Assembly (NCBI RefSeq): GCF_002435145.1 | Contig: NZ_DJLT01000115.1 | Direction: 5' to 3' (one strand) | DNA: 64,000 bases | Origin: Neptuniibacter sp. UBA6509 | Lineage (GTDB): Bacteria > Pseudomonadota > Gammaproteobacteria > Pseudomonadales > Balneatricaceae | In this document: positions 30,360 to 37,784 of the stretch, piece after piece | How positions within the stretch are numbered: position 1 is the first letter of the stretch | Layout of the letters: every line of letters starts with the position of its first letter | Notes under the pieces: model-generated | Databases searched by the model: none | Seen by the model: the letters and a program-made list of their open reading frames with translations, nothing else | Told to the model about the DNA's origin: nothing | Program-made: the position numbers and the translations under genes

Positions 30360-30698
30360 CTATTCGTAGCAGAGGGCGCAGGGGCCGCCGGTTTCTGGTT
30401 GTTTGCAGTTTTGGTGGCTGCATTTCTTGTTATCGGTTTCGTTATCTGGGTTTATTGAGTGGAGCTGTTTTATTGCTGATTCTAGGAATTTAATTGCTTC
30501 TTCTGGTTGTTCAGTTAGCAGTGGATTTGCAATGTTAAATTGCTCTATTGCTAGCAGGGCTCGTGCTTCAAAGCGGCCCAGCATTTTTGCTTGTTCTATG
30601 ATCTCAGCTTCTTGTTTTTTTATGTGGTCGTTTAGGTGTGCCTTGTCTGCTAAGAGGCAGCGGATTGTTTCGTTGTTATTTGTTTGCTTGGTGTCCAT
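30360..30698 (-). CDS. Phage hypothetical protein (coiled coil, C-terminal Cys cluster)
   Basis: Start overlaps the upstream stop; CSHQNC...CALC. Confidence 0.6.
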   Translation of the reverse strand: MDTKQTNNNETIRCLLADKAHLNDHIKKQEAEIIEQAKMLGRFEARALLAIEQFNIANPLLTEQPEEAIKFLESAIKQLHSINPDNETDNKKCSHQNCKQPETGGPCALCYE

Positions 30699-30994
30699 TA
30701 ATCGGCTTTCCTTGTGGCGTTAGAATTTAATAAATCCCGAAGTTGTGACGGGTCACGCTCGATGAGTTCGGCGGCGTTGTGGATCATGAGGGTGATGGCT
30801 TCCTGCCATTCCTCAAGCACTCCGAACTCTTGGATATTGCGCAGGGCTTCCTGTGTGCCGCTGAACATGTCTATTTTGAAAGTTTTAATACCTAGGGCTT
30901 GGTTGTGCGCTTTGTCTCGTGCTCGCTTTCTTCTTTGACGGTCACGGGCTAGGGCGCGCTTTTTGTTTTCTTTTTCTGTGCTTGTGGCTTTCAC
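30698..30994 (-). CDS. Phage hypothetical protein with basic N-terminus
   Basis: ARDRQRRKRARDK; GTG start coupled to the upstream stop (TAGTG). Confidence 0.6.
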   Translation of the reverse strand: MKATSTEKENKKRALARDRQRRKRARDKAHNQALGIKTFKIDMFSGTQEALRNIQEFGVLEEWQEAITLMIHNAAELIERDPSQLRDLLNSNATRKAD

Positions 30995-31161
30995 TAAAAC
31001 TGGTCCCGTAGTTCTTGTGTTGCGTCCTTAATGTTTTGGCCGGTAATAGCAGCGTTAATGATCACTACTGTGAGCATGAACAGATAGGTTCCACAGATGA
31101 CGCTGAGGAATATTGCCGCAGCGATGCTTAGGAAGAATGAGTCATTCATAAATACGTCCAT
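30994..31161 (-). CDS. 55-aa small membrane protein (not in the ORF track)
   Basis: Hand translation MDVFMNDSFFLSIAAAIFLSVICGTYLFMLTVVIINAAITGQNIKDATQELRDQF; fills the gap exactly and its stop overlaps the next start. Confidence 0.6.
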   Translation of the reverse strand: MDVFMNDSFFLSIAAAIFLSVICGTYLFMLTVVIINAAITGQNIKDATQELRDQF

Positions 31162-31172
31162 GTGATTTTCCC

Positions 31173-31487
31173 CTACGCTGCGTTTTTGTTGTCAGGTTTC
31201 TTTTCGCCGTGTTCTTCAACAAATTCATGAAGCCAGGTGAGGCCGTCCGGTGTTACCCATGTTTTTGAGTATTCGCGGCGTATCCCGTTTTTTTGACGAG
31301 CGCTTGTGAATTCCACTGTAAAAAAACCAGCGTCTTTAAGTGGGCGCTTGGGTGTGTTGTCGGTGTTGAATTGCCGTTTTAACCGCAGGAGCTTATAAAG
31401 AGCGTTGCGACCACCTTTGATGTTTGTGCGGCGGGCTGCTTCAAGCATGTCCATTTTGCCGTCCACTATGTGCTTTTGGTTTTTCAT
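31173..31487 (-). CDS. Phage antirepressor KilAC (ANT)-like protein
   Basis: GRNALYKLLR...NTPKRPLKDAGFF.VE...SKTWVTPDGLTWL matches the KilA-C pattern. Confidence 0.7.
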   Translation of the reverse strand: MKNQKHIVDGKMDMLEAARRTNIKGGRNALYKLLRLKRQFNTDNTPKRPLKDAGFFTVEFTSARQKNGIRREYSKTWVTPDGLTWLHEFVEEHGEKKPDNKNAA

Positions 31488-31687
31488 TGTGTTGGCTCCT
31501 GTGGTTTATCGCTTTTTATTAATCTGGCTTTTGCGCTATTGAGGTTGCCCGCCAGATGGTGTTTGTTGTTGCTGTTGGTTGCTTCGTAGCACCATGTCAA
31601 TCCGAAACGCCCATAGGTGATCAGTCCTTGGGTGTATTTGCCGGTAAATTTCCAGCGGGTTTCGGATATTTGTTGTAGGTTTTGCAT
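31484..31687 (-). CDS. Phage hypothetical protein, first gene after PL
   Basis: 67 aa, 4-nt overlap with the KilAC gene. Confidence 0.55.
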   Translation of the reverse strand: MQNLQQISETRWKFTGKYTQGLITYGRFGLTWCYEATNSNNKHHLAGNLNSAKARLIKSDKPQEPTQ

Positions 31688-31700
31688 GTTTTTTCATCAG

Positions 31701-31760
31701 AATCACATTTTGTGAATAATTTAAAACACGAATCGTGTTTAGTCAACACAAATCGTGTTT
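31701..31760 (-). promoter_or_regulatory. OL/PL: leftward promoter with 17-bp operators
   Basis: Minus-strand TTGACT(31746-41)-N17-TAAATT(31723-18); operators AAACACG-AAT-CGTGTTT (31724-40, exactly the spacer), CAACACA-AAT-CGTGTTT (31744-60), weaker AATCACA-TTT-TGTGAAT (31701-17). Confidence 0.8.
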
Positions 31761-31837
31761 TTGGTTTTTGTTTGAAGTGGTTAAGCTTTGGTTTGTGTCT
31801 GCAATGGTCGCGAATGGAGTCTTGAAACAGGGAGTGG

Positions 31838-32434
31838 TTGGTGGTTATTAGATTAGTTTTTTGGTTTTTGGTGGTAGTGCCTGTGCATAGTATCGCGGCA
31901 GGTGTTTCTAATAAGGATTTGACTGACTGTGCCGTAATTCAAAATGATGGCTCTAGGTTGCAATGCTTTGATTGGTTAGTCGATACGAGGCTAGGGTTTT
32001 CTTCTCCCTATGTGGGCTCGGGAAAGTGGATGGCGTCGAGAAGTGTTAACCCGTTAGATGATACTAATATTGTTTATTTGCGTATTAAGTCCGATCAAGG
32101 AATTGATAAGCGTGGAAGGCCTATTTCCCTTGGGCTTCGCTGTAAAAGCAATAAGACAGAAATGTTTATTTCGTGGAATGATTACTTGGGTGGTGATGTC
32201 TGGATCACTTCGCGAGTTGGTGCGGCAAAGGCAAAAAGGGAGCGGTGGAGTGTTTCCACAGACAAAACGGCTGCTTTTAAGTTGCGGCCTATACCTACGA
32301 TTAAAAGATTGATTAAGGCGGATCAGTATGTCGCTGAGGTGGTGCCTTATAATGATAACCCTCTGACTGCAATTTTTGATGTGCGTGGCTTGTCTGAAGC
32401 GATAAAGCCTCTGCGGAAAGAGTGTGGATGGTAA
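31838..32434 (+). CDS. Exported protein, T6SS-associated TagO/VasI-like family (orphan)
   Basis: Signal peptide; DCAVIQNDGSRLQCFD, GKW, LGLRCKSNKTEMFISWNDYLG, WSVSTDKTA, PYNDNP, FDVRGLSEAIKPLRKECGW. Confidence 0.6.
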   Translation: MVVIRLVFWFLVVVPVHSIAAGVSNKDLTDCAVIQNDGSRLQCFDWLVDTRLGFSSPYVGSGKWMASRSVNPLDDTNIVYLRIKSDQGIDKRGRPISLGLRCKSNKTEMFISWNDYLGGDVWITSRVGAAKAKRERWSVSTDKTAAFKLRPIPTIKRLIKADQYVAEVVPYNDNPLTAIFDVRGLSEAIKPLRKECGW

Positions 32435-32515
32435 TTTTTAAAAGTGGATGGCGCTGGGATTTTTAAATGGCGGTTGTTGCCAAGTGATTCGTGCTGTTGT
32501 TTATTCTTGAGGTAA

Positions 32516-33253
32516 ATGCTGTTGATTGAAGAAATAACCTCCATTGAAGGGCGTTTGAGTGAAGACAAGGGTATGGTTATGCCTTTTGTTTGTACGGCGG
32601 GTGGGCGCTCTTTTTATGCGAAGGGCTCGAACACATTAGCGGTAGGGCTTATTAATGAGCTGGTGTGTGCACACTTGGCGCGTGCATTTGGGCTTCCGGT
32701 ACCGGATTTCGAAGTGCTTCGAATGGATGAGTTGCTGAAGGATGTTGTTTCGCCGGATTGGGCATTTGATCTACAATATGAGTATCTATTTGGTTCTGCT
32801 TCGGTTGTGCCTTGTGAGAAGATTACGCTTTCGGATGTGGGGATTTTTGCTCCTGAGTTGCGTAGGGATTTAATTGTTTTTGATGCGTGGGTTCGGAATG
32901 AAGATCGATCGTTAACTGAGCTTGATGGTAATCCTAATTTGTTAGTTACTTTGCCTGGCAAAGAGCTTATGGTTATTGACCATAATTTGGCGTTTGATGA
33001 TGGGTTCAATGAGGTAGATTTTAGGCAGATGCATGTTTTTGCGGGGGTGCTTAAAGAGCTTCCAGTGCAATTGCCTGAGCAGGCTGATTATGCGGTTCGC
33101 TTTGATGCTGCGCTAATTATTTTGGATGAAGTGTTTGATCTAATACCGGCTGAGTGGTTAGAATCTCTACCTGATCCTGATGGGTATTTAAAGAAGATTT
33201 CTCAAAGGCTGGGGAATTATAAACAAGATTGTTTTTGGGGGTTGCTGTCATGA
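32516..33253 (+). CDS. HipA-like (HipA_2-type) kinase
   Basis: FYAKG (ATP Lys), NELVCAHLARAFGLPVP, VFDAWVRNEDR, NPNLL, VIDHNLAF. Confidence 0.8.
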   Translation: MLLIEEITSIEGRLSEDKGMVMPFVCTAGGRSFYAKGSNTLAVGLINELVCAHLARAFGLPVPDFEVLRMDELLKDVVSPDWAFDLQYEYLFGSASVVPCEKITLSDVGIFAPELRRDLIVFDAWVRNEDRSLTELDGNPNLLVTLPGKELMVIDHNLAFDDGFNEVDFRQMHVFAGVLKELPVQLPEQADYAVRFDAALIILDEVFDLIPAEWLESLPDPDGYLKKISQRLGNYKQDCFWGLLS

Positions 33254-34113
33254 GTAAATATGCATGCCAGTACAAAATAATAAGGTTTGCGCCTTACGAT
33301 GAAACGGGAGAGTTCGCCAATATTGGTGTGGCTTTGTTTTGTCCTGCGAGCCGTGATCTGAAATTTAAGCTTGCTCCGAAGCGCTTCGGTCGTATTACCA
33401 GCTTTTTTGATGCTATGGACCCTGCAGTTTATAAAGGAACAATAGATCACCTTAACGCAGAGTTGGGCCGCTTCCAGCGTTTTGTGGACGTAGATACCCC
33501 GGTGGATTTGGCTAAGCAGGTGTTTGGTGATCTTATGAGGGAGAAGGGTTCAATACTTCGTTTCTCTGATATGGCTGTATTGCTTACAGAGGACATGGAC
33601 GATGCATTGAATGGTCTTTATGATCACCATGTTCAGCGGAAGTTTATCACTCGTACTCATCGTGAACAGCATATGGTGACGCGTTTAAGAGACACTTTGC
33701 AGCGCTTTGATCTTCAGAAAGCGTTTAAGCAAAGTAAGCTGACAGATGGTTTGCATGAGGCGAATTTTCCTTTTGTTCGTGGGGAATCTGTTAATCCATT
33801 AGGGGCGATCAAGCCTTTGGCTTTTGATCAAAAAGCAAAGAAGGGTGTCGTTGAAAGTGCTGATCAGTGGTATGTGAAGCTAAGAAGTTTGGTTGATGCT
33901 AATGTTATTGACCCAGAGATGTTGCTTGTAAGTATGGCTGATCCTTGCTTGGCTGATAAAGCTGACAATGATTTGGTTGGTGGGTATTTAAAGCGGATCA
34001 GAAGTGATTTAAATAGCCTGGGTATAAATGCAGTGCGTGCTGATGATGCGGGGGCTGTTAATGCCTTTATGCAGATTCAGGCAGGCTTGGAAAGCCAAAC
34101 TCTTAGTCATTGA
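33250..34113 (+). CDS. DUF3037 domain protein
   Basis: YKIIRFAPYDETGEFANIGV N-terminal motif; ATGA-coupled to the kinase stop. Confidence 0.75.
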   Translation: MSKYACQYKIIRFAPYDETGEFANIGVALFCPASRDLKFKLAPKRFGRITSFFDAMDPAVYKGTIDHLNAELGRFQRFVDVDTPVDLAKQVFGDLMREKGSILRFSDMAVLLTEDMDDALNGLYDHHVQRKFITRTHREQHMVTRLRDTLQRFDLQKAFKQSKLTDGLHEANFPFVRGESVNPLGAIKPLAFDQKAKKGVVESADQWYVKLRSLVDANVIDPEMLLVSMADPCLADKADNDLVGGYLKRIRSDLNSLGINAVRADDAGAVNAFMQIQAGLESQTLSH

Positions 34114-34125
34114 TTACTAACATTT

Positions 34126-34157
34126 TTAAAAAGCCCGCTTTTGCGGGTTTTTTTATT
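34126..34157. terminator. Bidirectional terminator between the DUF3037 gene and the Xre gene
   Basis: AAAAAGCCCGC-TTTT-GCGGGTTTTTTT. Confidence 0.75.
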
Positions 34158-34461
34158 GGATGTTTTTTATTAGTGTGCATATGGTCTTTCTTATTGAGGA
34201 TGGCATTTTTCTTAGTTTCATTATCAGTTGATATTCTTGTTTTAGCAGCCCCTGTTTTCTCTCTCGTCCTGTCACATAATAATCAAGCGTGATGTTCAGC
34301 TCACCGCATAACTTCGCTGCAGTGTCTAATGTGCGCGGTTCTTTGTCGGCTTCCCAGCCTTTGTATGTTGAAACGGCGATATGTAATGCTTTTGCCACTT
34401 CTGACTGTGTTTTCCCTGTCGCTATTCTCGCTTGTTTGAGTCGAATGCTTTTGTTTTTCAC
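34153..34461 (-). CDS. Xre-family HTH regulator
   Basis: RLKQARIATGKTQSEVAKALHIAVSTYKGWE...PRTLDTAAKLC. Confidence 0.8.
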   Translation of the reverse strand: MKNKSIRLKQARIATGKTQSEVAKALHIAVSTYKGWEADKEPRTLDTAAKLCGELNITLDYYVTGRERKQGLLKQEYQLIMKLRKMPSSIRKTICTLIKNIQ

Positions 34462-34683
34462 TGTTTGTTTTTAATGTGTTTGTGGTGTTGCTTGCAAGAA
34501 AGGTTGTTTTAAAGCGACCTTTGTTGGCATTTGGTATCTGTAGTGCGTCTGTTGTTGGTGTTTTAATGCGGTTGTTGGGTATATTTCGGGGTTCGGTCTG
34601 AACGTGTGTTCGGGTATTAATTCTGCTTTGTATCAGACGGGTTGTGTACCTGCTTGATCTGTTAGTTAGACAGGGACAGTTGT

Positions 34684-34881
34684 ATGTTTGAGGTTGTACG
34701 GAATGAGGGTGTGGTTGATATTGGTACTGCCCATCAGAGGATGGTTGAGGCTGAGGGTTTGTTGAGGGCTAGGATTGGTCTGTCTGCTCTAACGGGTGTG
34801 CCGGATGATGAGTATGTTCGCCTAGCAATGGAGTTGCGTGCGCAGGAGAGTGCCTGGGCGAAGCGGTGGGGGGTTAAATAG
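34684..34881 (+). CDS. 65-aa small protein, divergent from Xre and convergent with cI
   Basis: ATG preceded by GGGA; 8-bp 3' overlap with the repressor gene. Confidence 0.5.
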   Translation: MFEVVRNEGVVDIGTAHQRMVEAEGLLRARIGLSALTGVPDDEYVRLAMELRAQESAWAKRWGVK

Positions 34882-35344
34882 CGGTGTATAGGGAGGCGAG
34901 TGCGGCTTCTCTTGAGTTTGATATGTCTTTGGCTGTTAGGTTTTCTGCTGTGTATGCGGCAAAGCCTGCAGCTATCATTTTTGCGCGTTGTTCTGCGTTC
35001 AGTTTTAGGCCTTCTTCTAGGCTGATCTTTTCTGTTTGTAAAATGACTTCTCGAAGCAGCTCTATCTGAGCAGCTGATAGCTTGTTGCGTGATTCGTATG
35101 AGGGTTGGCTTTCTTCGGCTGAGGCGTGTGTGAGGGCTTCTTGGCCGTAGAAGAATAGGATGTTTTTGTTTAGCGCTTTAGCGATTACTGCAATATCGGA
35201 TGCTGAGGGGCTTCTTACGTCTTTTTCGTAATTACCGATTCTGCTTTGGGGGTTGCCTGTTGTCCAGCCACACTTAATACCCAGCTGCTCCTGTGTGAGC
35301 GCTGCCTCGGTTCTCGCTGATTTAATCTTTTCGCCAAAATTCAT
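34874..35344 (-). CDS. CI-like immunity repressor without S24 peptidase domain
   Basis: KIKSARTEAALTQEQLG...PQSRIGNYEKDVRSP HTH; divergent from cro across three operators; 156 aa. Confidence 0.8.
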   Translation of the reverse strand: MNFGEKIKSARTEAALTQEQLGIKCGWTTGNPQSRIGNYEKDVRSPSASDIAVIAKALNKNILFFYGQEALTHASAEESQPSYESRNKLSAAQIELLREVILQTEKISLEEGLKLNAEQRAKMIAAGFAAYTAENLTAKDISNSREAALASLYTAI

Positions 35345-35423
35345 AAATCTAATCTTATCACGCTATGTGTTATGTTATAAAACACGAAATGTGTTGACCG
35401 TAAAACACGTTGTGTGTTTTTAT
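35345..35423. promoter_or_regulatory. OR with three 17-bp operators, PRM and PR
   Basis: TATCACG-CTA-TGTGTTA (35356-72), AAACACG-AAA-TGTGTTG (35380-96), AAACACG-TTG-TGTGTTT (35403-19); PRM extended -10 TGaTAAGAT on the minus strand; PR -35 TTGACC at 35394-99 (its -10 is weak). Confidence 0.8.
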
Positions 35424-35430
35424 ATGCCCT

Positions 35431-35652
35431 ATGAATAAAATAGCTGAGTTTAGAAAGCTAAAAAGTTTGTCTCAGGCGGAGTTGGGTCGTTCGTTTGATC
35501 CGCCGTTAAGGCAGTCGGCGGTTTCCAATCATGAGGTTGGAGTGCGGACTCCTGATGTTTATCAAGCTTTGCATTATGCAAGGGTGCTTGATGTTTCGGT
35601 CGAGAGACTTTTTCCATCAATAAGTGGCAACTCTAATGTATCGGCGGCTTAG
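35431..35652 (+). CDS. Cro-like HTH protein
   Basis: MNKIAEFRKLKSLSQAELG...QSAVSNHEVGVRTP; ATG 35431. Confidence 0.78.
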   Translation: MNKIAEFRKLKSLSQAELGRSFDPPLRQSAVSNHEVGVRTPDVYQALHYARVLDVSVERLFPSISGNSNVSAA

Positions 35653-35706
35653 TCGAAACATGCGTGTATCTAAAATTGTGCAGGGTAGGTAAAGAGGTTT
35701 TGGGAA

Positions 35707-36201
35707 ATGACAGCTAAGAAAAGACATAAGGATCATGGTGGGGTCTTGACCATACGTCAGGCTTTGTACCACGCGGTGCATGATTACCGAAACGGGGCGG
35801 GGTTGCCTTCTTTTTGTGCTGATTTGGGTGTGGGGTCGGCTGCGTATTTTGGTCAAAAGATTAATCTGCGTGATGAGACGGCTAGCCCTACGCTTCGGGA
35901 TTTTGAGTTGATTTTAGATGGTACGCAAGACCCGCGTATTTTGACTGCAGTTTGTGAGCCGGTTGGGGCTGCGTGGAACTTCCGCGATGAGTTGCCTGAG
36001 GTTCAGGGTGATTTGGGTGTGCTGGAGCGTGGATCTAGATTGATGATTTCTGCGTCTGCAGTGATTGATGAGTTGGTGAAGGGGTTGGCGGATGGTGAGC
36101 TTGATGCTGATGAGATGGCGCGGGTACGGCAAAAGATTCACGACTTGCAGCGAGATATGCAGCTTATTCGTCAAACGGCTGATCAGTTTGTTGCTGGGTA
36201 A
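35707..36201 (+). CDS. Phage regulatory protein CII-like
   Basis: ALYHAVHDY, KINLRDE, LADGELDADE...V pattern; position after cro. Confidence 0.65.
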   Translation: MTAKKRHKDHGGVLTIRQALYHAVHDYRNGAGLPSFCADLGVGSAAYFGQKINLRDETASPTLRDFELILDGTQDPRILTAVCEPVGAAWNFRDELPEVQGDLGVLERGSRLMISASAVIDELVKGLADGELDADEMARVRQKIHDLQRDMQLIRQTADQFVAG

Positions 36202-36219
36202 ATTTCATTATTTGAGGGA

Positions 36220-37016
36220 TTGAAAATGAAGGTTATAGGTCTGGTTGGAGGGCGCGGGGTGGGCAAATCTTGCGTTGCTGATGTGGTTGTTGAGGTTACT
36301 GAAAATAGCTATTGCCGTGAGTTTTATTCGCCGGTTAGGCGTTTTTTGTTGGCGGCGTTTGGTAATGCTGATTTGGTTGTGGCTACCCGTGAGTTGTTTG
36401 GTTTGACGTTTGAGCAGATTGGTGGGGCGAGGAGCGTGATGTGGTTGATCCGCTTTGGTTGGCGTCTCCTTCGCAATTATATGATCACGTTACGCGTTTG
36501 ATGTATCAGCGTTTTGGTGATGAGTTGGAGCGTTGTTTGGCTGGAGAGGTTTTGTTGAACCCGGCGTCTTTGTGTAATGACGATTTGGTTGATGATGTTA
36601 TGCCTGCTTTTGGGCTTTCTGCTTCGGATTTAATGCGAGATGTGGTGGTTAGGCTTGAGCTTTTATTTGGGCCTGATTTGTTGGTTAAGCGTGCAAGGCG
36701 TGAACTTGAGTTGGTTGTGGCTGAGTCTTTAGAAAAGGGTGAGCCGCTGCCTGAGTTGGTGGTGTTTAGTGATGCTGAACGGTTGGATTTTGCTGATTTT
36801 GTAGCTGATTTGGGTGTGCTGGTTGAGGTTATTCGACCGGGGTTTGAGCGTACAGGTGTTTCTTATGAGCGGGTGCGTGGTCGGTTGCATAACGAGGCTA
36901 ATCATTATGGGCTTGAGTGGCATTCGCGTTACAACGTTGATGATTGGTTGCGTTCGGCGTTGCCCTTTGATCCTGCTGTTTATGGTGTGGGTGAGTGTTT
37001 TGAGAGGGCTGTGTGA
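36220..37016 (+). pseudogene. Deoxynucleoside monophosphate kinase split by a single-base frameshift
   Basis: ORF1 P-loop IGLVGGRGVGKS; ORF2 GLSASDLM...GPDLLVK...VVFSD...EVIRPG; frames overlap at 36414-36501. Confidence 0.65.
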
Positions 37017-37279
37017 TGGGGAGGCAGGCAACGGATTTTCCGGTTAGTGAGTTTGTTGTTTCTTATCCGGTTGTGGGTGCTGAGAGTAAGGCGCTTACGG
37101 TTGAGGTGCCGGGTGTTGGGCAGGTTTGTGTGTTGTGCCCTGATGTTGAGGTGGCCCGAAAGGCGTTTAAGCATTTGATGCCGTCTATGCAGCGGTTGGA
37201 TGAGGCTCTGTTGCAGGATGTATTGTTGATTGATCGTGAGGCGGCTGTAAATGCTGTGCTTGTGAGAGGGGTGGGGTGA
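37013..37279 (+). CDS. Phage hypothetical protein
   Basis: 88 aa, coupled by 4-nt overlaps on both sides. Confidence 0.55.
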   Translation: MMGRQATDFPVSEFVVSYPVVGAESKALTVEVPGVGQVCVLCPDVEVARKAFKHLMPSMQRLDEALLQDVLLIDREAAVNAVLVRGVG

Positions 37280-37620
37280 TGGCTATTGAGCGAGCATTGG
37301 TCGTTCGTAAGCCGTGGATTGATTTGATTTTAAACGGCCAGAAGTCGTGGGAGATGCGCAGTCGGTCAACCAGCGTAAGGGGGCAGATTGGTTTAATTGA
37401 GCAGGGTTCGGGGTTGATTGTTGGTGAGTGCTGTTTGGATGGTGTTGGTGAGTCGATTAAGAATTTCAACATCGGGTATGGCTATCAGCTTCATAAAATT
37501 GGTGATTTGGAGTTGCTTGATAAGTGGCATGTGCCTTGGGTTTTGAGTGGTGCTAGGCGGTATGAAAAACCGGTGCCTTATAAACATCCGAAAGGGGCTG
37601 TTGTTTGGGTGCGGGTGTAG
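37276..37620 (+). CDS. ASCH domain protein
   Basis: ALVVRKPWIDLILNGQKSWEMRSR...RGQIGLI...GLIVG. Confidence 0.8.
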   Translation: MMAIERALVVRKPWIDLILNGQKSWEMRSRSTSVRGQIGLIEQGSGLIVGECCLDGVGESIKNFNIGYGYQLHKIGDLELLDKWHVPWVLSGARRYEKPVPYKHPKGAVVWVRV

Positions 37621-37622
37621 TG

Positions 37623-37784
37623 ATGGCTGAGTTTCAATGTATTCCTAAAGGCGGGATGTGTGCGGTTTGTGTGTATCGGGACCGGAATTGCTCGGATATT
37701 GATTTTAGGCGGTGCCGGGTGATTCAGGTGGATAAGGTCGAGCGGGTGAAGGTGGTTAAGTGCTCGCGGTTTGTGAGGGGTTAA
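37623..37784 (+). CDS. 53-aa Cys-rich protein (not in the ORF track)
   Basis: Hand translation MAEFQCIPKGGMCAVCVYRDRNCSDIDFRRCRVIQVDKVERVKVVKCSRFVRG. Confidence 0.6.
   Translation: MAEFQCIPKGGMCAVCVYRDRNCSDIDFRRCRVIQVDKVERVKVVKCSRFVRG

Noticed and set aside
31068-31083. CTGT-N8-ACAG match (gammaproteobacterial SOS box)
   Set aside because: It lies inside a coding region downstream of the antirepressor gene, not at a promoter. About one such 8-base match is expected by chance in a region this size.
31396-31404. boxA-like CGCTCTTTA on the PL transcript
   Set aside because: It encodes part of the conserved GRNALYK motif. There is no convincing boxB, no matching site after PR and no N gene.
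31838-32434. A type VI secretion locus
   Set aside because: Only one TagO/VasI-like gene; no tss core genes in the window.
34153-34461. Xre gene as an Aca marker for anti-CRISPR genes
   Set aside because: There is no co-oriented small ORF upstream of it; the neighbouring small ORF is divergent.
34600-34611. GAAC-N4-GTTC read as a LexA box
   Set aside because: That is the Firmicutes-type SOS box, whereas the host genes look gammaproteobacterial. Kept only as a candidate Xre operator.
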